A stretch of DNA of 11,049 nt from Acidobacteriota bacterium (GTDB lineage: Bacteria > Acidobacteriota > UBA4820 > DSQY01): positions 1 to 11,049 of the forward strand of contig JBMFSH010000063.1 of the NCBI GenBank assembly GCA_049967655.1, written 5' to 3'. The notes beneath the pieces were generated by a model. The model was not told where the DNA came from. It worked only from the letters and a program-made list of their open reading frames with translations, and made no database searches. Shown here in pieces: positions 1-6,735 of this stretch (position 1 is its first letter; every line of letters begins with the position of its first letter). The position numbers and the translations under genes are program-made.

Positions 1-11
1 TCCTTGTACGC

Positions 12-48
12 AGGGGGAAGCGGGGAGGTTTGCCGGGGCCGCCCCCCT
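12..48 (-). terminator. Possible GC-rich hairpin just downstream of the MFS gene stop
   Basis: AGGGGG(aa)GCGG (12-23) pairs with CCGCCCCCCT (39-48): 10 bp, a 2-nt bulge and a 15-nt loop. No U-tract follows. Confidence 0.25.
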
Positions 49-1497
49 TCACTCCTTCTTCGTCTTGAAATCCTTGCCGAGCCAGCCCTTGGCGAGGATG
101 AGCATGAGGGTGGAGGTCATGGCGATGCAGGCGTAGATGAACCACATCATCTCCGGGTGGACGGGACCCTTGGCCGGGCAGTAGCGCATGAGGAACCAGC
201 CTGCGTAGAGGCCCGTGATGACCTTGGTGAGGAACCAGGGGAACTGGGCCACGCCCATGTAGGCGCCGGTGCGCCCCTTGGGGGCGATCTCCGCCGCGTA
301 CTGCAGGAAGCGGGGCTGCCACATGGCCTCACCCACGGAGGTCACGACGAGGTAGCCGAGCAGCAGCCAGATCCGGCCGTTCGGGGTCGCGTGGATGGAG
401 AGCAGGAAGGTGGGGATGGCCATCACGAAGGTGCCGGCGATCATCATGTTGTAGACGTTCCGCTTGCGCGTCAGGGCCGCGATGGACGGGGTGAGGATGA
501 AGATGAGCGTGGGGTTGATGAAGTTGACAAAGAACTCCATGTAGTGGTGGCCCACGCTGCCCATGGCCCTGTAGACGTACTGCGGCAGGGTGAGCCAGTT
601 GTGGGCGAAGAGCGTCTGCACGGGGATCAGGCAGAAGATGAAGAAGGCGAACTTGGGGTCCGCCAGCGGGTGGTTCTTGACCCAGTACCAGGCCCTTTCG
701 GTCCAGGGCTTGCCCGCTAGTGCGGCCTTCTCGGCCGCCGCTTCGTCCAGCTCCTTCTGGTCCTTGTCGGCGCTCTCCTTCTCGTGAACCTTCCGGTAAC
801 CGGCCACGGCGGCGAGCGTCTCGCGCTCCACCCGCTTGGTCAGAATGATGAAGAGAAGCACGAGCCCCAGTCCCGTGAGCCCCACGTAGGTCCAGAAGAC
901 GCCGGGGATGTCCCACTTCATGCGGATGGGCGGGGAGATGAAGCCGGGCAGAGCGCCGCCGAGGTTCATCAGGGCGTAGAGCATGGCGTAGCCCATGGCC
1001 GCCGTCCGCTCGTCGCAGTACTCCCGCACGGCCGTGTAGGCGGCGGGCTGGTAGAGGCCGTATCCGAGCACCACCCCCATGATGCCCAGCACCGTCGTCC
1101 AGAAAAGCGTCCCCTGAGCTCCGGGGAAAAGGCCGACGGCGGACACCATGATCAGCCGGCCCACGAGCATGAGAAAGACAGACAGGATCAGGGCCTTGCG
1201 GACCCCTATCTTGTCGGCCACCCCGCCGAAGAAGAGCATGGAGAGAGTGATGCCGGCCGTGAGGAAGCTGACCATCCAGTCCGCGTGGAGGTCGTTCATC
1301 CCCACGAACCGGTTGCAGAAGAGGGCCAGGAGCGACAGCCAGCCGAAGTAGATGAGCCCCTCGAGGAAGTAGGAGACGTTCACGGCCCAGAGGGCGCGGG
1401 AGGCGTGGACGAGGTCGATGAAGGGCTGGACCACCTCGCGAAACGGTGAAAGCTGGGGCTCTTCGGCGGCTGCTGGGGTCTTCGCTTCCTCGCTCAC
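49..1497 (-). CDS. MFS transporter, POT/PTR (peptide:H+ symporter)-like, about 482 aa
   Basis: Roughly 12 hydrophobic segments in two halves. MFS motif A GGVADKIGVRKA; TM1 SYFLEGLIYFG resembles POT ExxERFxYYG; GEAMWQP resembles the POT TM10 GE..SP. Start moved from the ORF-track 1563 to GTG at 1497 because GGAGGT (1510-1505) sits 7 nt upstream. Confidence 0.85.
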   Translation of the reverse strand: MSEEAKTPAAAEEPQLSPFREVVQPFIDLVHASRALWAVNVSYFLEGLIYFGWLSLLALFCNRFVGMNDLHADWMVSFLTAGITLSMLFFGGVADKIGVRKALILSVFLMLVGRLIMVSAVGLFPGAQGTLFWTTVLGIMGVVLGYGLYQPAAYTAVREYCDERTAAMGYAMLYALMNLGGALPGFISPPIRMKWDIPGVFWTYVGLTGLGLVLLFIILTKRVERETLAAVAGYRKVHEKESADKDQKELDEAAAEKAALAGKPWTERAWYWVKNHPLADPKFAFFIFCLIPVQTLFAHNWLTLPQYVYRAMGSVGHHYMEFFVNFINPTLIFILTPSIAALTRKRNVYNMMIAGTFVMAIPTFLLSIHATPNGRIWLLLGYLVVTSVGEAMWQPRFLQYAAEIAPKGRTGAYMGVAQFPWFLTKVITGLYAGWFLMRYCPAKGPVHPEMMWFIYACIAMTSTLMLILAKGWLGKDFKTKKE

Positions 1498-1561
1498 GAT
1501 GCCCACCTCCTCCATGGGGCAGCCACTCGCCGGCGTCCGCCGGAAGGGCCCCAAGCGGGTC

Positions 1562-1591
1562 ACTCTAGCATGACGGCACCGCCCGCCGGAA
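1562..1591 (-). promoter_or_regulatory. Putative sigma70 promoter for the MFS gene
   Basis: Minus strand TTCCGG (1591-1586), 18-nt spacer, TAGAGT (1567-1562) preceded by an extended -10 TGn. The -10 overlaps the ORF-track start at 1563, consistent with the later start. Confidence 0.35.
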
Positions 1592-1710
1592 GCTCAGCGC
1601 GGCCGATCCGGGAATAGCCCCGCCTACCGAGCCGTTGTAGGTTCTCAACGTCACCGCGCGGGCCCCATCGGTCCCTCTGGGGAAAGGAGGCCCTTTCGAA
1701 GGAGCGGACC

Positions 1711-1924
1711 ATGCGAAGGGGACTTCAGCTGATCACGGGAACGGCGCTGGCGGGCCTGGGGACCCTGCTCCTCTGGGCGGCCGCGCCGGCCAACAACTTC
1801 GGAAGCCAGGAGCCCGGGAGCGACCCGGAGATCCGCACGTTCTGCACCCTCAAGTACCACGTCAGCTTCCCCCTCTTCGCCAAGACCAGCGTCAAGGGAG
1901 CCGACATCAACCCCCCTCTACCGC
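1711..1924 (+). pseudogene. Glutathione peroxidase (GPx/BtuE family) remnant with N-terminal signal peptide
   Basis: SD GAAGGAG then ATG 1711. Signal-like MRRGLQLITGTALAGLGTLLLWAAA is joined directly to PANNFGSQEPGSDPEIRTFCTLKYHVSFPLFAKTSVKGADINP, matching the GPx core FPxNxFGxQEPG...FC...V.FP.F.K..V.G...P. The NVASxC/U and WNF motifs are absent. Removing one C from the C6 run (1911-1916) restores NPLYR. The uncorrected frame reads on to a stop at 1959. Confidence 0.85.
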
Positions 1925-4125
1925 CCTATCGCCTCCTCATAGCGGTGCAGGTTCCATAGCACGTGCGCCGTGTAGATTCGCGTTTCGCGGTAGGGAATCA
2001 TGGCCACGAACTCCGGTTCATCCTGAGCACCGAAGGCGCTGAGCCACCGGGAGACGATCTCTTCGCCGGCGTTGTAGCTGGCCACGGCGGGGGCCGTGGG
2101 AAAGCGCTTGGTCAGGGCGGCCAGATAGCGTATGCCCAGATCCAGGTTCACCTGGGGATTCATTAGATTCGGTGAGGTGGGGTCTGCCTGCGACGGCGCG
2201 GCGAGGCGCTCGGCCGTGTCGGGCATGAGCTGCATGAGCCCCTCGGCCCCCGCCGGGGAGAGGGCCCGCTCGTCGAAGCCGCTCTCCTGGCGGATGACGG
2301 CCAACACCAGGGCTGGAGCGAGGCCCTCCCGCGCGGCCAAGGGGCGGATCCGCCCCATCTCCTCCGCCGGATACTCCACCGCCAGGGCCTGCGGGGGAAT
2401 CGCCAACCGGTCGGGGATTCCGGGGAAAGCGGTCCCGAGGATGGCCTGCGCCGAGGCCTGACGGCCGGCCCTGGCCAGCAGGGTGGCCATGGTGAGGGCC
2501 GCGTCGGGATCCTTGCGATGCTTGCGATAGTAAGAGTCGAAGGCCCTCGCTGCGTCCGCCTCCATGCCCGCCAGGTCGAGGCTTCGGGCCAGGGCGGTCT
2601 GGTCCGAGGCGAGGGAGGGTTCCCACGGCGAGGGCAGAGCCGGCACGGGGGTGGCCGGCAGCGGAATGCCCATCCCCTGGAGCGCGAGGCGAGCCTGCCA
2701 GGCCCAGTAGCCCGCCGGCGATTCGGCCAGCCGGACCAGGGCGCCGATGGCGGCGGGACGGTCGCCCGAGCGGAGGGCCGACTGCGCCGCCCAGTAGGCC
2801 GAAGGCCCCTCGTAGCCGGCGTCACCCCGGCTCTCCGCGGCTCCGAGAAAGAGCCTCCCGGCGCCGGCGTAGTTCCCGAGCCTGAAGAGGCACCAAGCCC
2901 GTTTGTAGGAGGCGGAGGTGGAGGTGGCGGCCGATCCGGCCAACCCTTCCGCGTCGCCGAAGTCCCGGGCGGCCTCCTCGAAAAGCCCGTGGACGTAGGC
3001 GGAGGTTCCCATGCAGTGAAGGGCCTCGAGTTTGAGGGCCTGGTCGTTCCCCGCCTTCTCCAGCAAGGCCCGGCATCGCGCCACCACGGCCTCGTGGTCC
3101 CCCGTCCGGAGGAGGGCCCAGGCGGCCTTGAGAGAGGCCGCAAGACTCTCTCTGTCCGGCCCGAAGCGCGCCAGCATGCGGTCGGCGGCCTCCACCGTGG
3201 CCGCGTTCTCCCTGAGCGCATACAGGATGGACACCCTCAGCAGGGCTTCCCGCTCCGCCGCCTCGCCCTGGAGGGCGGGTCCACCGGTGGAGAACAGCAC
3301 CCGAAGGGCATCCTCCCGGCGGCCCGCCGCCAAGAGCTTTCGGGCGAATTCGAGGGCCTGCGCGGGCGACCGAAGGGGCAGCTTGGAGACGCCCTCCGCC
3401 ACCAGCCGCCGCATGCGCTCGCCGGCGGCACGGCCGTACGCGCAGGCGGGCCTTTCGTAGAGGGCGCGGTAGAGGGCGAAGGCCTCCCGGCGGCGGCCCG
3501 CCCTGTCGAGGAGCGAAGCGAGCTCGAACTTCGCCTCGTCCCGCTCGTCCTTGGGGAGACGGAGGGCGAGCAGCCGGCGGTAGGCCTGCGCCGCGGCCGC
3601 GGGTCTTCCCGCCTCGCTCTCGGCCTTGGCGAGCAGTCCGAGGGCGCGGCGATCCAGCTCGTCCGGATGGGGCCCTCCCAGAAGGCGACGCAGCTCGGAG
3701 GCGGCCCCCGAAGGCTTGGCCAGATCCAGCAGGCACTCCCCGAGGAGCAGACGTCCGTAAGGGGCCAGCGGGCCGGAGGCGTCGGCCGCCTCCCGCAGGG
3801 GCGCTTCCGCGTCGGCCGCGTGGCCGCACAGGAGGGCCATGCGGCCGTAGGCCAGCGCCTCGGTCCGCAGGCGCTCGCCCTTGGGCTCTCCGATCCAGAG
3901 CCGCCTGCAGAGCGCCTCCGCCGCCGACCACTCCCCGGCCCGTCTCAAGCGGGCCGCCTCGGCCAGATTGCCCGAAGGAGCCTCGCTTATGGCTGCGGCC
4001 GCGCGCGGCACAACCGTGGCGCCCATCACGAGCAGAGCGGCGGCCCAACGCAGGAGCGCCCGGGAGATCCCCCGGGCGCTCCGATTCGCAGAGCCGGCCT
4101 TGGGCCGGTACTCTTCCGTTTGCAT
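1918..4125 (-). CDS. Soluble lytic transglycosylase (Slt70-like, GH23 domain) with N-terminal TPR-like helical repeats, 735 aa
   Basis: C-terminal SLT motifs VIRQESGF (catalytic Glu codon at 2286-2284), AxSPAGAxGLMQLMP, NLDLGIRYL, ASYNAG, IPYRETRIY. Ala/Leu-rich TPR-like helices upstream, N-terminal signal-like segment, SD GGGAGG before ATG. Confidence 0.92.
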   Translation of the reverse strand: MQTEEYRPKAGSANRSARGISRALLRWAAALLVMGATVVPRAAAAISEAPSGNLAEAARLRRAGEWSAAEALCRRLWIGEPKGERLRTEALAYGRMALLCGHAADAEAPLREAADASGPLAPYGRLLLGECLLDLAKPSGAASELRRLLGGPHPDELDRRALGLLAKAESEAGRPAAAAQAYRRLLALRLPKDERDEAKFELASLLDRAGRRREAFALYRALYERPACAYGRAAGERMRRLVAEGVSKLPLRSPAQALEFARKLLAAGRREDALRVLFSTGGPALQGEAAEREALLRVSILYALRENAATVEAADRMLARFGPDRESLAASLKAAWALLRTGDHEAVVARCRALLEKAGNDQALKLEALHCMGTSAYVHGLFEEAARDFGDAEGLAGSAATSTSASYKRAWCLFRLGNYAGAGRLFLGAAESRGDAGYEGPSAYWAAQSALRSGDRPAAIGALVRLAESPAGYWAWQARLALQGMGIPLPATPVPALPSPWEPSLASDQTALARSLDLAGMEADAARAFDSYYRKHRKDPDAALTMATLLARAGRQASAQAILGTAFPGIPDRLAIPPQALAVEYPAEEMGRIRPLAAREGLAPALVLAVIRQESGFDERALSPAGAEGLMQLMPDTAERLAAPSQADPTSPNLMNPQVNLDLGIRYLAALTKRFPTAPAVASYNAGEEIVSRWLSAFGAQDEPEFVAMIPYRETRIYTAHVLWNLHRYEEAIGR

Positions 4126-4135
4126 GCGCCTCCCG

Positions 4136-5974
4136 TCAGAAGGAGACGTCGTAGACCGAGGGCTCGGCGGTCTTGATGGCCACCGCCTCGGCCAGAACGA
4201 GGGGCACGCCGCGGTGCATGAAGTGGACCGCCGCCTGCACCTTGTTGTGGTAGAACTGCGCCTCGCCGTTCTCCTTCAGGAAGGCATGGTAGGCCTTCTT
4301 GTCGGTGGTGTCCACATCCTTCTCGCGGCAGATGGCGGCGAGCCGCTTGCGCGCCATGACCGCCTGCTCCAGCAGGAGGCTTCCGGCGAAGACGTGGCCG
4401 ATCATGTCCAGCAGGGAGACGGCGTTGGAGAGCATGATCAGGGGAGCGTCCATCCGGCCCTGGAGCATGTTCATGACCGACGTGAGCTCCTTTAGGGCGG
4501 TGCCGAGGTGCATGGCCGATGCGCCCAGTTCGGTGTCGGTGACGTTGTCCTGCACCGCCTCCGCCACGCGCTGGAGGAGGGTCTTGATGGGCTTCCCGTC
4601 CTGCATCTTGAGCTTGCGGAAGCAGAGGTCTAGGGCCTGGATACCGTTGGTCCCCTCGTAGATGGGGGCGATGCGGGCATCCCGCAGGTACTGCTCCGCG
4701 GGGTACTCCATGGTGTAGCCGTAACCGCCGAAGCACTGCACCGCCAGGTCCGCCACCTTGACGCCCCAGTCCGTGCACCAAGCCTTACAGATGGGCGTGA
4801 GGAGTTCGAGGTAGCCCTGATGGAGGTTGTGCTCCTCGCCCTCCGTGATTCGCGCCATGTCTATGCTCCAGGCCGTGAAGTAGAGGAGCGCCCTCATGGC
4901 CTGGACGTAGGACATCTGGGTGAGCAGCATGCGGCGCACGTCGGGATGCTCCACGATGGGCACCTGAGGCCCGTCCGGCGAACGGTCCTTGAAGTGCTTG
5001 CCCTGGAGGCGCTCCTTGGCGTAGGCCAGGGCGTGCTGGTAGGCAGTGGAGGCCACGGCCATGTTCTGCAGCCCCACTTCATAACGGGCCGCGTTCATCA
5101 TCTGGAACATCTCCATCATGCCCTGACCCTCTTCGCCGAGGATGAAGCCCTCGCAGCCGTCGTTGGCCCCGAAGACCATGGCGCAGGTGGGTGAGCCGTG
5201 GATGCCCAGCTTGTGCTCGATGTTGCCCACCGTCACGTCGTTGGGCTCGCCAAGGGAGCCGTCCGGCTTGATGCGGATCTTGGGCACGATGAAGAGGCTC
5301 AGCCCCTTGGTTCCGGGAGGGGCGTCGGGGGTGCGCGCCAGCACGGCGTGGATGATGTTGGGGGCCAGGTCGTGGTCGCCGGACGTGATGAAGATCTTCT
5401 CGCCGCTGATCTTGTAGCGGCCCTCGCCGACCTTGACCGCCTTCGTCTTGCTGGCGCCCACGTCGCTGCCGGCGCCGGGCTCGGTCAGGCACATGGTGCC
5501 GCCCCACTGGCCGCTGTAGAGCTTCTCGCAGTAGAGCGCCTTCATCTCGTCGGTGCCGAAGGTCTCGATGAGGTGCCCCGTGCCGCGGCCCAGGATGAGA
5601 GTGAGGCCGAGCGCCACGTTGGCGCCCATGATGAACTCGTTGACGGCGGTCCCCACGCTGTCCGGGAGCCCCATGCCGCCGAGCTCGGGATCCGCCGAGG
5701 CGCCGATGTAGCCGCCCGCGGCCACGGTTTGGTAGGCCTTGCGGAAGCACTCGGGCATGATGACCTTGCCGTCCACGAAGCGGGCGCCGATCCGGTCTCC
5801 CTCCTCGTTGGTCGGGGCGAGTTCGCCCTGGGCCAGCTTGAGTGCCTCGTCGAGGATCATCTCCAGGTCGGGGCGCTCGAAGGCCTTGTAGCGCTCTGAG
5901 GCGAGCACCTTATTCAGCGGCAGCCACTCGAACAGGTTGAACTTCACGTCTCGCAGGTCGTCTTTGTAATCCAT
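4136..5974 (-). CDS. Acyl-CoA dehydrogenase, long (~600 aa) DmdC/MmgC/FadE5-like subfamily, 612 aa
   Basis: Motifs GTMCLTEPGAGSD, GEKIFITSGDHD, GTKGLSLFIVPK, IEHKLGIHGSPTC, IVEHPDVRRML, QCFGGYGY, IYEGTNGIQALDL. SD GGAGG 8 nt before ATG. Only 10 bp separate it from the slt start, so they are probably one operon. Substrate cannot be assigned. Confidence 0.95.
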   Translation of the reverse strand: MDYKDDLRDVKFNLFEWLPLNKVLASERYKAFERPDLEMILDEALKLAQGELAPTNEEGDRIGARFVDGKVIMPECFRKAYQTVAAGGYIGASADPELGGMGLPDSVGTAVNEFIMGANVALGLTLILGRGTGHLIETFGTDEMKALYCEKLYSGQWGGTMCLTEPGAGSDVGASKTKAVKVGEGRYKISGEKIFITSGDHDLAPNIIHAVLARTPDAPPGTKGLSLFIVPKIRIKPDGSLGEPNDVTVGNIEHKLGIHGSPTCAMVFGANDGCEGFILGEEGQGMMEMFQMMNAARYEVGLQNMAVASTAYQHALAYAKERLQGKHFKDRSPDGPQVPIVEHPDVRRMLLTQMSYVQAMRALLYFTAWSIDMARITEGEEHNLHQGYLELLTPICKAWCTDWGVKVADLAVQCFGGYGYTMEYPAEQYLRDARIAPIYEGTNGIQALDLCFRKLKMQDGKPIKTLLQRVAEAVQDNVTDTELGASAMHLGTALKELTSVMNMLQGRMDAPLIMLSNAVSLLDMIGHVFAGSLLLEQAVMARKRLAAICREKDVDTTDKKAYHAFLKENGEAQFYHNKVQAAVHFMHRGVPLVLAEAVAIKTAEPSVYDVSF

Positions 5975-6071
5975 CGCTCACGCCTCCATGCCCGAGCCGG
6001 CGGGGACGGCCGCCGCTTCATCGGACTCTGTCACCACGATCCCCCGGCCTCAAGAACTCCCTCATTGGATT

Positions 6072-6100
6072 ATTGTGCACCCTCCCCGCGGAGCCGGCAA
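6072..6100 (-). promoter_or_regulatory. Putative sigma70 promoter for the acyl-CoA dehydrogenase/slt operon
   Basis: Minus strand TTGCCG (6100-6095), 17-nt spacer, CACAAT (6077-6072), in the AT-richer divergent intergenic region. Confidence 0.4.
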
Positions 6101-6112
6101 CCCGGCAGCTCT

Positions 6113-6150
6113 CCTACCAAGTGTAAGTAAGTACATACTTGCAGTCAAGT
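6113..6150. promoter_or_regulatory. AT-rich palindromic operator-like cluster between divergent promoters
   Basis: Overlapping dyads CCTAC-N5-GTAAG (6113-6127, 1 mismatch), TGTAAGTA-N6-TACTTGCA (6122-6143, 1 mismatch) and ACTTG-N4-CAAGT (6137-6150, perfect), in a stretch much more AT-rich than its surroundings. Confidence 0.5.
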
Positions 6151-6167
6151 GCCGGATGCGTTACCTT
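6139..6167 (+). promoter_or_regulatory. Putative sigma70 promoter for the OsmC-family gene
   Basis: TTGCAG (6139-6144), 17-nt spacer, TACCTT (6162-6167), about 65 nt upstream of ATG 6234. Confidence 0.5.
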
Positions 6168-6233
6168 GCCCCCCGCCGTCGCATCTCTGAGTGCATACGG
6201 GCTCCGGCGGTAGGAGCCCCGAGGAGATCCGCC

Positions 6234-6623
6234 ATGGAATTCGACATCACCTTCCCCGGAGGCAAGCGGGTGGACGCCCAGATCAACGGTTGGAACATCG
6301 CCACGGACCAGGCCCCCCGGTCGGGCGGAGAGGGCAGCGCCCCCGAGCCCTACATGCTCTTTCTCGCCTCCCTGGGCACCTGCGCAGGCATCTACGTGCT
6401 CGGCTTCTGCCAGAGCCGCGAACTTCCCACCGAGGGGCTCCACATCACGCAGCACCTGGAGTGGGAGGGGCACAAGCTCAGCAAGGTGCGGTTCGACATC
6501 CACCTGCCCAAAGGCTTCCCCGAGAAGTACAGGGACGCCGTGGTCCGGGCGGCGGAGATGTGTGCCGTCAAGCGCGCGCTGGAAGACCCGCCCCTCTTCG
6601 AAACCCGCACCCTGCCGGCCTGA
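6234..6623 (+). CDS. OsmC/Ohr-family protein, 129 aa
   Basis: MEFDITFPGGKRVDA...TDQ...GGEGSAPEP..LFLASLGTCAG...AAEMCAVKR carries the two conserved OsmC cysteines. SD GAGGAG at 6221-6226. The ORF-track extension back to 5988 runs through the promoter region and is not credible. Confidence 0.9.
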   Translation: MEFDITFPGGKRVDAQINGWNIATDQAPRSGGEGSAPEPYMLFLASLGTCAGIYVLGFCQSRELPTEGLHITQHLEWEGHKLSKVRFDIHLPKGFPEKYRDAVVRAAEMCAVKRALEDPPLFETRTLPA

Positions 6624-6735
6624 GTTGGCTCCGCCCTTGGGTTTTGCTCGCCCCCGGTGTAGGCTTCACCTCTGGCCCCCCGGGAGCACCCGGATACGCC
6701 GGCCCCGGTGGCGGCCTCCCGCACAGGAGGCTCGG

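Noticed and set aside
4..1449. + strand ORFs 4-720 and 784-1449
   Set aside because: Antisense to the well-supported MFS gene; typical shadow-ORF composition.
1711..1959. Selenoprotein GPx with UGA read-through
   Set aside because: No in-frame TGA and no NVAS-like motif in any frame I could read nearby; the catalytic segment is simply absent.
2518..4176. 552-aa + strand ORF and other long overlapping ORFs (2163-3221, 2822-4048)
   Set aside because: Antisense or alternate-frame shadows of the slt gene in high-GC DNA; Arg/Gly/Pro-rich with no motifs.
5988..6233. N-terminal extension of the OsmC ORF (likewise 6562-6735, 8438-8506 and 1498-1563 for neighbouring genes)
   Set aside because: The extensions run through promoter or intergenic DNA, and strong SD-start pairs lie downstream.
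6637..6665. Possible separate promoter TTGGGT-N17-TAGGCT for the peptidase
   Set aside because: Weak match to consensus; the peptidase could equally be co-transcribed with the OsmC gene.
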